A DNA stretch of 44,039 nt from Desulfofundulus sp. (GCF_049701015.1 NZ_JBNATZ010000002.1:1-44039); one strand, 5' to 3'. Shown: positions 9,785 to 20,000, numbered from the stretch's first letter. Notes: a model not told the origin generated them from the letters alone. Made by a program: numbers and translations.

Positions 9785-10666
9785 TTACGTCCGCCTTTGC
9801 AGGAAGACGCCAGCCAGGACGGCTGCTCCCCCGATCATCTGCCATGAGGTCAGGCTTTCTCCCAGGACCAGAAACCCCAGCACCGCTGTAGCCACCGGTT
9901 CAAAGGTGCTGATGATGGCTGCCCGGGAGGCCCCGATTTCCTTTACCCCCCGCATAAGGGCCGCCATGGCCAGGACGGTGGAGACGATGCCCAGCACCCC
10001 GATGGCCACCAGCGCTTGAGAGCTGAAGAAAAGGTTCAGCTGCCTGCTGGTGAGAGCAAGTCCCCCCACGGCGAGGGCCAGAATGGTGGAAACGCAGGCA
10101 TTGTATACCGGGGTTTCTATGGAGGCCAGCAGGCGTGTGGAACCTACCAGGAAAATTGCGTAGGTGAAAGCAGCGGTCAGGGACAGTATCACGCCCCGTG
10201 GATCCAGTGTTTTCACCGGCTGTCCCAGGATTACGGCACATCCTGCAAGGGTTAGCAAGAGGGCCAGCGCTTTCTGCCAGGTGAAAGGTTCTTTTAAAAA
10301 GAAAAAGGCCAGGATGGTGACCACCGTGGGGTAGAAGTAGAGAAATAAAATGGCCATTCCAGCCGGTATGTAGCGGAAAGCCTCGAAAAGAGCCAGTACG
10401 GTCGGCGTTTGAGTTCCCAGGGAAAGAGCCACTACGGCCAGCAGCTGGCGGCGGGGTAGCCTGAAGGGACAACCTCCCGCCAGGGTGAGCAGCCAGAAGG
10501 TTACGGCGGCCAGAAAGTAACGCAGGGTGAGAGTGGTCATGACGGTGGCACCACCCCGGTAGGCGACTTTGGCCGCGATAGGTTCAATACTAAAACAAAT
10601 AGTGGAAAACAATACAAATGCTACGCCCGGGCCCTGCCGCCCGGGTGTTTGTTTTTGTTTCTGCAT
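9785..10666 (-). CDS. EamA/DMT family transporter
   Basis: About 10 hydrophobic segments, LYFYP...FFLKE, IGASRA, FEPV...LGE. SD GAGGGG. Confidence 0.92.
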   Translation of the reverse strand: MQKQKQTPGRQGPGVAFVLFSTICFSIEPIAAKVAYRGGATVMTTLTLRYFLAAVTFWLLTLAGGCPFRLPRRQLLAVVALSLGTQTPTVLALFEAFRYIPAGMAILFLYFYPTVVTILAFFFLKEPFTWQKALALLLTLAGCAVILGQPVKTLDPRGVILSLTAAFTYAIFLVGSTRLLASIETPVYNACVSTILALAVGGLALTSRQLNLFFSSQALVAIGVLGIVSTVLAMAALMRGVKEIGASRAAIISTFEPVATAVLGFLVLGESLTSWQMIGGAAVLAGVFLQRRT

Positions 10667-10681
10667 TTTTATCCCCTCACC

Positions 10682-10690
10682 ATTATACCA
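10682..10690 (-). promoter_or_regulatory. Extended -10 (TGgTATAAT) for the EamA gene
   Basis: TGGTATAAT on the minus strand, just upstream of the SD. Confidence 0.5.
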
Positions 10691-10863
10691 TGCAGGACAT
10701 GATCTTTAACAACAAAACGCGAATTTCCCCGGGTTAAAATGTACTGAGGTAACTGCCTCCCGGCCTGCCCGCCGAGGGCGGGCCAGTACCATTACCCCAA
10801 TAGTTTATAGGACAATTGATTAAAATGGTTTTTTGATTTCCCACTGAAAAATTAATACAATTA

Positions 10864-10890
10864 AGAGGAATTTTGTCGGCGATGCCGAAA
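10864..10890 (+). promoter_or_regulatory. SigH-like promoter upstream of jetA
   Basis: AGAGGAATT-11 nt-GCCGAAA versus consensus RnAGGAwWW-11/12-RnnGAAT (1 mismatch). Confidence 0.5.
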
Positions 10891-10930
10891 ACAACTCCAG
10901 CTACAAAATTTCCCCGGGAGGGGTTTAGAA

Positions 10931-12355
10931 GTGAACCTCTTTGCCGTCATCCCGGAGCGGTTTTTTTCGGTCCTGGCCAGCCCCTTAAAGCAAGACTACG
11001 CGGCCATCCTGTTCCGCATTTACGACCAGTACCAGCTGACCACCTTCGGGATGGAACGGGAGGTGGTCATTGACCTGATTCTTGATTATATAGAACAAAA
11101 GGACGGCTTTTTTGAACAGGCCCTGGCTGATGAGGTCTGGGAGGAATCCTTTGATACACCGGCCGGGCCCCGGGAAAGGGCCGCTTTTATACTTCGCAAG
11201 CTGGAGGCCACGGGCTGGGTGGTCAGCGAGGTGTACAGCAATTACGTGCAGTACATCAGCCTGCCCGATTATGCCATAAAAATCCTGGATGTGCTGGACA
11301 AGGTCCGCCGCCACCGGCAGGTGGAATACCAGGGATATGTTTATGCCACCTACACTTTGCTCCATTCCGAGGAGGCCGACCGCCAGGGCAACCTGGCTCT
11401 GGAAAAAGCCTATGAGCAGACCGAGCAGCTGATCAACGGTTTGAAGTCCTTAAATCACAACATCAAGCGTTATATTGAACGGGTCCTGGCGGAAAAGGAG
11501 CCCCGGGAGATTTTAAAGATTCATTTTAAAGACTACATGGAGGAAATTATCGACCGCAGCTACCATCGCCTGAAAACTTCGGACAACGTTTCCCGCTACC
11601 GTCCGAAGATTGTTGCCCGTTTGAACCAGTGGTACAACGATGCGGCCTGGGTGGACCGGACGGCCGGTCTGGAAGTGCAGCGGGAGCGTTTTCCGGATCT
11701 GCCCACGGCGCGGCAGGAGATTTACCGCCGTATTGACTACATCCGCCAGGCCTACATCGGTCTGGACGATCTGCTGGATGAAATCGACCGGCGCAATGCC
11801 CGCTATGCCAACGCTTCCTTCCAGCAGTTGAAGTACATCCTGAACAGCAGTAAAGACGTGGAAGGCCAGTTGATGGAAATTTTGAAACTCCTGGCCGAGT
11901 TGCGCGTGCAGGAGGGCGTGCGCCCCGACGACTACCTTCCGGAAGAGCTGAACCACCTGTTCAGCCTCTTCACCCAGGGATTTCTGGACCGGGAGTCCCT
12001 CTATACCGGGAGGGAGGCGGCCAGGCAGCACCAGCCCCGGGAAGTGCAAGAGCTGGAGGAAATTGACCCGGAGCGCCGTAGAGAGCGGCTGCGCTCCTTC
12101 CGGCAGCAACTGGAAAGGCGCATGACCCGCGAGAAGATCAACGGCTGGGTGATGGAAAAACTGGCCGGGCGAAAGGAGATTTGCGCCCGGGAGTTGGGCA
12201 TCGAGGATGTGGAGGAATTTATCAAACTGATCTATGCTACGGCTTACGGGCGTTCGCGCCAGGTAGGTTACCGGGTGCACCGGGAAGGAAGGTCCCGGGT
12301 GTCCTGTGCCGGCGGCCGCTTTGAATTTAGAGATTTGCGTTTTGAAAGAAAATAA
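10931..12355 (+). CDS. jetA: Wadjet kleisin subunit JetA (MukF-like)
   Basis: N-terminus MNLFxVIPERFFSVLAS typical of Firmicute JetA, LxxLEATGW winged-helix motif, YHRLKTSDN. First gene of a 4-gene operon with an SMC ATPase and a Toprim protein. Confidence 0.85.
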   Translation: MNLFAVIPERFFSVLASPLKQDYAAILFRIYDQYQLTTFGMEREVVIDLILDYIEQKDGFFEQALADEVWEESFDTPAGPRERAAFILRKLEATGWVVSEVYSNYVQYISLPDYAIKILDVLDKVRRHRQVEYQGYVYATYTLLHSEEADRQGNLALEKAYEQTEQLINGLKSLNHNIKRYIERVLAEKEPREILKIHFKDYMEEIIDRSYHRLKTSDNVSRYRPKIVARLNQWYNDAAWVDRTAGLEVQRERFPDLPTARQEIYRRIDYIRQAYIGLDDLLDEIDRRNARYANASFQQLKYILNSSKDVEGQLMEILKLLAELRVQEGVRPDDYLPEELNHLFSLFTQGFLDRESLYTGREAARQHQPREVQELEEIDPERRRERLRSFRQQLERRMTREKINGWVMEKLAGRKEICARELGIEDVEEFIKLIYATAYGRSRQVGYRVHREGRSRVSCAGGRFEFRDLRFERK

Positions 12356-12370
12356 GGAAGGACGAGCCTG

Positions 12371-12997
12371 ATGGAACTGCTGGAACACTGGAACCACCTG
12401 CTTCCGTCGGAGCGGGAAGAATTTACCCGGGTGGTGAACAGGCTTCTCTCCTGCACATTCATCACCCGCAAAAACGAAGAAAACCGCCGGGATTACTATT
12501 TTATTGAACGGCACGAAGACCTCCTGCGGGCCTATTTGAAGCTGGGAGGCTGGAGCCTGGAAGGGGACCGGGCCTTTGGAGTCTACCGTGTCTTCAGCGA
12601 TTTCGCCTATAACCGGCTGCGCCTGAAACTGGAAGAGAGCATTATCATCCTCATCCTGCGCCTCTGTTACGAAGAAAAGCGCCGTCGAATCAACGTTACG
12701 GAGAACATAATGGTCACCGTGCAGGAGATCCAGGACAAGTATGCGGCCCTGAAAATACGCAACCGGCCCATTGACAAAAAGACTCTGCGGGAAACCATGG
12801 CCCTCCTCAAACGTTTCAACATCCTGCGGGTACTGGACGGTGAGGTCACCGACCCCGACTGCCGACTGGAAGTCTTTCCCACCATTCTCTTCGCCCTGCG
12901 GGTGGAGGACATCCGGCAGGTGTACGAGAAACTGGATACCTACCGCCGCGCCGGGGCGGAGGAAGAGCGGGAAGAGGAAAACGGAAATATGCAGTAG
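12371..12997 (+). CDS. jetB: Wadjet KITE subunit JetB (DUF4194/MukE-like)
   Basis: 208 aa, ESIIILILRLCYEEK and FPTI motifs, acidic tail. Lies between jetA and the SMC gene. Confidence 0.85.
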   Translation: MELLEHWNHLLPSEREEFTRVVNRLLSCTFITRKNEENRRDYYFIERHEDLLRAYLKLGGWSLEGDRAFGVYRVFSDFAYNRLRLKLEESIIILILRLCYEEKRRRINVTENIMVTVQEIQDKYAALKIRNRPIDKKTLRETMALLKRFNILRVLDGEVTDPDCRLEVFPTILFALRVEDIRQVYEKLDTYRRAGAEEEREEENGNMQ

Positions 12998-13204
12998 AAC
13001 CGTTGCAGGAAGGATGCGGTGTGCCTCTTATGTGAACACTGGAGTGTGAGCGGGGACCCGGTACCCACCGGGATACTGGCTCTTCTTAAAACCGGATGTT
13101 TCAATTAAGCCTGAAACACAGGAGGAGTCATATTTTGGTGAGTTGTTGGGCCGTATCCACCGGGTTAACTGAGTATTTAACAGGAAAAAGGCGCTGAGGA
13201 GCTG

Positions 13205-16200
13205 GTGCAATTGAAAGAATTAACCGGCATCAAGTTGATTAACTGGCACTATTTTACCAACGAAACCATACATATCCGGGGCAGTACCCTGATCACCGGG
13301 GATAACGGCAGCGGCAAATCCACCATTCTGGACGCCATCCAGTACGTGCTGGTGGCCGACCTGCGGCGGGTAAAATTTAACATTTCCGCCTTCGACGAGA
13401 CCAGGCGGGATTTGTTGGGTTACGTGCGCTGTAAGACCGGGCGGGACAGCGAGAGCGGCCGCAAGTACGAACGCCAGGGCGACGTCACTTCCTATGTGGT
13501 TCTGGAATTCTATGATACCTCCAGGCAAAACTACTTCCTCTTGGGTGCCGTGATTGATTCCTACGCCGATGACGTGACCTATGAAAGCCGTTTTTTCAAA
13601 ATCGAGGACTGCCGTCTCGATGACAGCCTTTTTTTAGCGGGCAAGCACCCCCGCAATATCCGGGAGTTCCGGGCCGCGGTTAGGGACCGCAGGGCCACCA
13701 TTTATCCCACGGTGGAAAAATACCAGGCTGATTTGCTCCACAAGCTGGGTTCCCTGGGGGACCGGTTCTTCACCCTTTTTGTAAAAGCCATCTCCTTCAA
13801 GCCGATTACGGATATACGCCAGTTTGTTTACTCCTACGTATTGGAAGAAAAGCAAATAAATATCGATATTATGCGGGAAAACCTTCAGCGATACAAAGAG
13901 TACAGCGACCTGGCGGCCCAGACCAGGGAGAAAATAGCCGCTCTGGAAAGTATTAGAGATAAATACCGGGAGATCCAGCGGGACCGGGAAAGGGCCCTGA
14001 TCCAGGATTATGTAATCCTGCGGGCCAACCGGGACGGGGTGGCGGCCAGCCTGCAGACCAATCTGGAACAGGCCCGGGCCCTGGAAGAAGAACTGGCCCG
14101 GTTGAGCCAGGCTCTGGACGGGGCCAGGGAGCGGTTGAAACGCTACCGGGAGGAGGAGCGGTCCTACCGGGACGCCCTGGCGGTCAATACCACCTGGCAG
14201 CTGGTGGAGCGTTTGAAAGGTGAGATCCGCACCCTCAAGGAACGGGTGAAGGAACTGTCCCGCGCTTGCAGCCTGGTAGCTAAAACCGCCCGGGAGGAAT
14301 GCCGGGTGCTGGTGCAACTCCTGGACGAGGCAGGGGAAGATTCGCTTTTACCGGCTGAGCGCAGTATGCTCGCGGAGCTGGTGGACGGGCTCCAGGGGCT
14401 GGCCGCGGCCGGTGACGGGCAGGTTGGGGAGGGGCAACCCCTGCCCCACGGTGACGGGGAATCTCTCGATGCCCTGGGCCGGTTGATTGACCGGGGCCGG
14501 GAAACACTGAGGAGGGTACGGGAAAGGGTGCAGGAACAGGCCTGGGAAATCCGGCGCAAGCTGAAGGAGCTGGATCAGGAGGAGCAGACCCTGCAGCAGG
14601 AACTGGCCAGCCTGCGCAACAAGAAGCATATTTACGACCGCAAGGTGACCGACCTGCGGGATCTGATCCGGGAAAAATTCCGCGCCGTGAAAGGCATTGA
14701 CGTGGAGCCCGGGGTGCTCTGCGAGCTTCTGGGAGTTCCCGACGAGAAGTGGCAGGACGCGGTGGAAGGCTGGCTCAACACCCGGCGCTTCGACCTGATT
14801 GTGGAGCCGGAACATTTTGATTATGCCCTTTCCGTCTATGAAAAACACAAAAAGGAACTGAGGATCTCAGGGGTGGGCCTGGTCAATACCGGCCGGGTAT
14901 TGAAATATTTGAACCGCATTGAACCCAACTCCCTGGCCTGCGAGGTACGCTCCCAGAACCGCTATGCTCTGGCCTACGTCCACCAGCTGATGGGCGACCT
15001 GATCAAGTGTGAGAATGAACAGGAACTGAAAAATTACCGTCGGGCCATTACCCCGACCTGCATGACCTACAGCAATCATACCGCCCGGCAGATTAAATTC
15101 GAAGTGTACGAAACCCCCTTTATCGGTGAACGGGCCTATGCCCGCCAGATTGCTCGCAAAGAAGCCCGTCTGCAGGAGATTGCTGCATTAAGGAATGAAT
15201 TGCTCTCCAGGTTGGAAAGACTGGAAAGGCTGAACCAGATGACAAGCAGCCGGGAGGAGTATTATATCTTCCTGAAAGAGCACCGGGGTACGTGGCGGGA
15301 GCTATCCGCGTTACAGCGGGAGCTTTCCGTCAGGGAACGGGAGCTGGCCGGGGTGGATACTTCAGGCATCGACGCTCTGCAACAAAAGCTGGATCAATTG
15401 GAACAGGAAATGGATGCCTTAAACAGCCGGATTGAGAAATATAACCAGCGGCAGGGAGAATTACTCACCACCCTGGAACAGAAAAAAACGGAGCGGGTGG
15501 CCCTGGAAGGCGAACATGCCCGGCTGGAGGAGGAGTTCCGGCTGTTTTGCTCCTTGAACTCCCATGTTGTGCCCGAGGGGGAAAGGCGTTACGCCCGGGA
15601 GATCCGTCGTCATTCACCCCAGGAGGTAGCGGCCAACTTCACCCTCAACCGAAAGAGCGTGGAAACGCTTATTTTTAACAAGGAAAAGGCCCTGGAACTT
15701 CTCAAGGCCGAATATAACAACAAGTACCAGTTCGGCGGGCGAATAGAAGCGGATGAGAATGACGAGTGGGTAGAGGAATATAAGAAACTGGTGGGAAGCG
15801 AGCTGCCCGACTATGAGGAGAAAATCAACGAGGCCAAAAGGGAAGCCGAGGAGGAATTCAAGGAACACTTCATCTACAAGCTGCGTGAGAACATTCAAAA
15901 TGCCCGCAATGAATTTGACTTCTTGAACGAAGCTTTAAAGGGTATTTCTTTTGGCGGAGATAAATACCGCTTTCTGGTATACCCTTCCGAAAAGCACCGC
16001 AAGTTCTACCAGATGCTCGAGGATACGGAAATGGTGGAGGGGGGTATCTCCCTTTTTGACAGTGTTTTTCAGCAGCGACACCGGGAGGCCCTGGACGAGT
16101 TGTTTGATAAAATAAGCAACCTGTCGCCCAGGTACCTGCCCGAAAGCATTGCGGAATACACCGATTACCGGAGTTTTCTGGATTATGATATCAAAATTAC

Positions 16201-16597
16201 CCATGCCAACGGTGAAACCTCTACCTTTAGCAAGGTCTGTCGGGAAAAATCGGGGGGTGAGACTCAGACCCCATATTACGTGGCCATTGTGGCATCCTTT
16301 GCCCAACTTTACCGGGCCAAGACCAACCGGGACAGCATCCGGTTGATGCTCTTTGACGAAGCCTTCAACCGGATGGATGTCGACCGCATGGAAAATTCCC
16401 TGCGCTTTATCAATGAGATGGGTATGCAGGCTATTATCGCAGCCCCTACCGACAAGTGCGAGTTTATCAGCCCCCATGTGACAACCACCCTCCTGGTGAT
16501 GCGCGATGGTAAAAACAGCTGGATAGAAGATTACAAGCAGTTTAAGGAAGCAGTTGGTGAAAGCCGGATTGAGGCTGTGGAAAGGGTGGCTGGTTAG
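13205..16597 (+). CDS. jetC: Wadjet SMC/MukB-like ATPase JetC
   Basis: LINWH, Walker A GDNGSGKST, long coiled coils, signature KSGGE, Walker B LMLFDEAF. The start could be TTG 13211. Confidence 0.93.
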   Translation: MQLKELTGIKLINWHYFTNETIHIRGSTLITGDNGSGKSTILDAIQYVLVADLRRVKFNISAFDETRRDLLGYVRCKTGRDSESGRKYERQGDVTSYVVLEFYDTSRQNYFLLGAVIDSYADDVTYESRFFKIEDCRLDDSLFLAGKHPRNIREFRAAVRDRRATIYPTVEKYQADLLHKLGSLGDRFFTLFVKAISFKPITDIRQFVYSYVLEEKQINIDIMRENLQRYKEYSDLAAQTREKIAALESIRDKYREIQRDRERALIQDYVILRANRDGVAASLQTNLEQARALEEELARLSQALDGARERLKRYREEERSYRDALAVNTTWQLVERLKGEIRTLKERVKELSRACSLVAKTAREECRVLVQLLDEAGEDSLLPAERSMLAELVDGLQGLAAAGDGQVGEGQPLPHGDGESLDALGRLIDRGRETLRRVRERVQEQAWEIRRKLKELDQEEQTLQQELASLRNKKHIYDRKVTDLRDLIREKFRAVKGIDVEPGVLCELLGVPDEKWQDAVEGWLNTRRFDLIVEPEHFDYALSVYEKHKKELRISGVGLVNTGRVLKYLNRIEPNSLACEVRSQNRYALAYVHQLMGDLIKCENEQELKNYRRAITPTCMTYSNHTARQIKFEVYETPFIGERAYARQIARKEARLQEIAALRNELLSRLERLERLNQMTSSREEYYIFLKEHRGTWRELSALQRELSVRERELAGVDTSGIDALQQKLDQLEQEMDALNSRIEKYNQRQGELLTTLEQKKTERVALEGEHARLEEEFRLFCSLNSHVVPEGERRYAREIRRHSPQEVAANFTLNRKSVETLIFNKEKALELLKAEYNNKYQFGGRIEADENDEWVEEYKKLVGSELPDYEEKINEAKREAEEEFKEHFIYKLRENIQNARNEFDFLNEALKGISFGGDKYRFLVYPSEKHRKFYQMLEDTEMVEGGISLFDSVFQQRHREALDELFDKISNLSPRYLPESIAEYTDYRSFLDYDIKITHANGETSTFSKVCREKSGGETQTPYYVAIVASFAQLYRAKTNRDSIRLMLFDEAFNRMDVDRMENSLRFINEMGMQAIIAAPTDKCEFISPHVTTTLLVMRDGKNSWIEDYKQFKEAVGESRIEAVERVAG

Positions 16598-16614
16598 ATT
16601 CTGTGGTTTTGGTG

Positions 16615-17901
16615 ATGACAATGGACTACGAACGTTATATTCTGGAGACTCTGGTGGACAAGTATGAGCGCAGCGCCCTGGCCAGGGGCAAAGGGAGCAG
16701 CCGGCGCATCTGGCTTCATTTCAACCCCCGGACCATACCCCGCTATTTTGACGATACCACCGCCCGGTATAAAGAAGAGATCAATGGGGCAGCCCTGGCT
16801 TTGGAGCTCCGGGGGTTGATTGAGATTCGCTGGGTCAAGTTTGAGGAAAACAATCTAATTGAGAAAGTGGCCTTGAATATTGATCGCCTGGGTGAGGTCT
16901 ACGCCCGGCTGAAACGGCGTTCGAGGGCGGAGCAGTTCAGGGAACTGGCCCGCCTGGCCAGAGACTATGCCCGGGGGGCGGCCCCTTGGGCGCAGGAATT
17001 CTTCCATACTGTTGCCCGGCGAATGGAAAAAGGGGAAAGTCAGCCCTACCTGGATCCTGCGGACCGGGGGCATGCGGAGCAGCTTTTCATGGTCATTCGT
17101 GAGCTGAGCCTTTTGCAGGAGGAGATACCCAGGCGGGTTTTCAGCCTCCGGGTGCTTGGCAATAGCAAGGCATTTAACAATCTGGCTCCAACTGTGGCGC
17201 GAATTGTCCGTGATTTTCACCCGGACTGGGGAAAAGACGGCGGGGGAAACAAAGCCACCCTTAGCGCCGCAGAGGTCAATCAGGCTCTGGCCGAACTGGG
17301 GGTTGTGGACAACCCCCAGCACATTTTCATCAGCGGTAACCTGGAATTTGCAGTTGAAGGCTGTACCCTGCGGGTGGGAGATTTTTCCCCGGACCTGGGG
17401 TTGCCGGCGGAAATGGTTGACCGGCTGACGGTTAAAAATGTTGCCGCCGATTACATTATCACTATTGAAAACCTGACCCCCTTTTACCAGTTCGTTAAGA
17501 CCTGCCGCGACCAATTTCTGGCCATATACCTGGGGGGTTATCATAATTCAGTTCGCCGGCGGTTTTTGAGTAAACTGCGGGAATATCTGGCCGGTACCGG
17601 TCGTGCGGTGCCGTTTTTCCACTGGGGCGACATTGACTACGGGGGCTTTTCCATTTTTGTCCACCTTGAGAAGCGCTGCCTGCCCGGGCTGAAGCCCCTG
17701 TACATGGATGTGTCCACCCTGGAACGATACCGCCGGTTTGCTTCGCCCTTTGCCACCTCGTACGGCCGGCGCCTCCGTGCTCTGCTGGGGGACCCGGATT
17801 ACCGCCTCTTCCACCCCGTGATTCAAAAAATGCTCGAGGAGGGCCTGCGTCTGGAACAGGAGTGTGTGGAGCCGCCGTCCTCTCTCTGTGAATCCGGGTA
17901 G
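16615..17901 (+). CDS. jetD: Wadjet Toprim nuclease JetD (DUF3322+DUF2220-like)
   Basis: RVFSLRVLGNSKAF, ITIENLT (Toprim Glu), YLGGY, HWGDIDYGGF (DxD), RLEQE. Confidence 0.9.
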   Translation: MTMDYERYILETLVDKYERSALARGKGSSRRIWLHFNPRTIPRYFDDTTARYKEEINGAALALELRGLIEIRWVKFEENNLIEKVALNIDRLGEVYARLKRRSRAEQFRELARLARDYARGAAPWAQEFFHTVARRMEKGESQPYLDPADRGHAEQLFMVIRELSLLQEEIPRRVFSLRVLGNSKAFNNLAPTVARIVRDFHPDWGKDGGGNKATLSAAEVNQALAELGVVDNPQHIFISGNLEFAVEGCTLRVGDFSPDLGLPAEMVDRLTVKNVAADYIITIENLTPFYQFVKTCRDQFLAIYLGGYHNSVRRRFLSKLREYLAGTGRAVPFFHWGDIDYGGFSIFVHLEKRCLPGLKPLYMDVSTLERYRRFASPFATSYGRRLRALLGDPDYRLFHPVIQKMLEEGLRLEQECVEPPSSLCESG

Positions 17902-17996
17902 CCAAAGGTATAAAATTATCCGGTGGGAAGGAAACTTTAGCTAAGGAGTCGAATAGATAAAGAGCTTAAGGTATAAATAATAAAGAGGTGAAAATT

Positions 17997-18338
17997 ATGG
18001 ACGTACAAAAAACACTGGAGAGCTTCAACCAGGGTGTGGGCAAGCTGGCCAGAGAGTTGCCCCGGGTGATGAAGGGATTCCGGGATTTGCACGAGGCCGT
18101 CATCAGTGACGGAGCCCTCAGCGCCAGGCAAAAGGAGTTGATTGCCATAGGCATTAGCGTGGCCATAAGGTGCCACTACTGCATCGCAGTCCATGTGGCA
18201 AAGGCCCTGGAGCTGGGCGCCACCCGGGAAGAAATAATGGAAGCCGTGGGTGTGGCCGTATTGATGGGCGGCGGCCCGGCGGCCGCTTACGCCACGGAAG
18301 CGCTGCAGGTACTGGACTCCCTGACGGGAAAAAGTTAG
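17997..18338 (+). CDS. Carboxymuconolactone decarboxylase/AhpD-family protein
   Basis: GALSARQKELIA, CHYC...H redox motif, GATREEI, MGGGP. SD GAGGTG. Confidence 0.92.
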   Translation: MDVQKTLESFNQGVGKLARELPRVMKGFRDLHEAVISDGALSARQKELIAIGISVAIRCHYCIAVHVAKALELGATREEIMEAVGVAVLMGGGPAAAYATEALQVLDSLTGKS

Positions 18339-18441
18339 GGATGTTCCCTGCCCTGTTTTCAGGCAAGCTTTGTGCTTAACAGTGTTTCTGTTTTGAAAGA
18401 AGTATAAACATGCATGATGCGGTTACTTGACCGGTATGGTT

Positions 18442-18476
18442 ACTGCCCGCCTTTCTATAAAGACGGCAGTTTTTTT
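18442..18476 (+). terminator. Probable intrinsic terminator after the AhpD-like gene
   Basis: ACTGCC...GGCAGT stem followed by a T run. Confidence 0.55.
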
Positions 18477-18646
18477 GTGTTCCTGAAAGCTCCCGAAAAC
18501 GGTAAAAAGAATTGAATATTAACATATTAACTTCATATTTGCTCTCTTTCTGGTATTGCCACAGCGTTGAAAAGAAGCGTAAGATTAACCTTAATGATGT
18601 TATCGTCAGGTTAAAGCTCTGCGAGGAGCCGGTGTTTGCAACATAA

Positions 18647-19954
18647 ATGGGGGTGGAATATTTGTCCGCATCAAAAATGGAAGCAACAAGCAGCACAATG
18701 CCTGCGGGAAAAGCGGCCAGACAGAAAAGGCCTGTGGCCGGTGTGCTCCTGCTGTTATCCTGGGGCCACCTGGTCACCGACATGGCCCAGGGTGCTTTAC
18801 CAGCTTTGCTCCCGGTATTAAAGCAGGTCTTTGCTCTTACTTATGCTCAGGCCAGTCTTTTAGTGCTTGTGTCCAACGTGGCTTCATCAGTTATCCAGCC
18901 TGTTTTCGGTTATTTTGCTGACCGGCGCCCGGCTCGCTGGCTTTTGCCGGCGGGCTGTCTGGTGGCCGGTGCAGGTCTGGCTTCTACCGGCCTTCTGCCC
19001 TGGTTCTCCGTTCTATTGCTGGCAGTGGCCATCTCCAGCCTGGGTGTGGCGGCCTACCACCCGGAAGGCTCCCGGGCGGCCAACCTGGTCAGCGGGAAGC
19101 GCAAGGGGAGCGGCATGGCAGTTTTTTCGGTGGGCGGCAACCTGGGTTTTGGCCTGGGTTCCCTGTTTATGGCCTGGCTTCTGACCCTTGGTGGAGCGAA
19201 GGCCACGGTTTATTTTATCCTGCCCGCTCTGTTTACCGCCGGCATCCTGCTGCTATACTGGCCACGCCTGAATTCCCTCCAGGAGGAAGGGGGGGCGGAG
19301 CGTCCTTTGGACCTTACAGGTGGAAAAGAAAGAAGCGGGACGGCCCTCCCGGGGGAAAACCGGACTGCCGTTGTGGAATGGGACAAAGGAACACTGGCTT
19401 CCTTCGCCCTGCTCCTCATTTTTATCATTTTTCGTTCCTGGCTGCACGCGGGGCTTTCCACCTACATACCCCTTTATTACACCGACTATTTGCACGGCAA
19501 TGCACACCTGGCCGGCTATTTTGTATCCGTCTTTCTGCTGGCCGGGGCTTTCGGTACCCTGTTGGGGGGCCCTCTAACCGACGTCCTGGGAGCACCCCGT
19601 GTGATGGCCGGTTCCATGGCGCTGCTCATTCCACTGATTTATCTATTCCTCCATGCCGGTGGCGGCCCGGCCGCCCTGGTGCTCCTGGCCTTTATAGGTG
19701 CGGCCCTGATCAGCACCTTTTCGACCACCATCGTCCTCGGGCAGCAGCTGATGCCCCACCGCAAGGGGCTGGCCAGCGGTTTCACCATTGGCTTTGGTGT
19801 GGGTATGGGGGGCGTGGGCGTAACCCTGCTGGGGGTACTGGCCGACCACCTGGGCGTGCCGGCCGTATTTCACGCCCTGAACCTCCTGGCGGTAGCGGGG
19901 CTCCTGCTGGCTTTGGTCCTGATCCTGCGTTTCCCGTGGAGCGCTGAAAGTTGA
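18647..19954 (+). CDS. MFS transporter (Fsr/fosmidomycin-resistance-like)
   Basis: About 12 TM segments, HxxxD, QPVFGYFADR, AAYHPEG, FSVGGNLGFG. The start could be TTG 18662. Confidence 0.9.
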   Translation: MGVEYLSASKMEATSSTMPAGKAARQKRPVAGVLLLLSWGHLVTDMAQGALPALLPVLKQVFALTYAQASLLVLVSNVASSVIQPVFGYFADRRPARWLLPAGCLVAGAGLASTGLLPWFSVLLLAVAISSLGVAAYHPEGSRAANLVSGKRKGSGMAVFSVGGNLGFGLGSLFMAWLLTLGGAKATVYFILPALFTAGILLLYWPRLNSLQEEGGAERPLDLTGGKERSGTALPGENRTAVVEWDKGTLASFALLLIFIIFRSWLHAGLSTYIPLYYTDYLHGNAHLAGYFVSVFLLAGAFGTLLGGPLTDVLGAPRVMAGSMALLIPLIYLFLHAGGGPAALVLLAFIGAALISTFSTTIVLGQQLMPHRKGLASGFTIGFGVGMGGVGVTLLGVLADHLGVPAVFHALNLLAVAGLLLALVLILRFPWSAES

Positions 19955-20000
19955 TGATCTTTGTAACCAGTACGGGGGGAATAATTATTTATCTTTAAAG

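Noticed and set aside
13205-16597. SbcC or housekeeping Smc
   Set aside because: No SbcD or ScpAB nearby. The flanking JetA/JetB/JetD-like genes indicate Wadjet.
18376-18783. 135-aa minus-strand ORF and 37889/37947 plus-strand ORFs in intergenic regions
   Set aside because: They overlap the starts of real genes on the opposite strand, have no clear SD and show non-protein-like composition.
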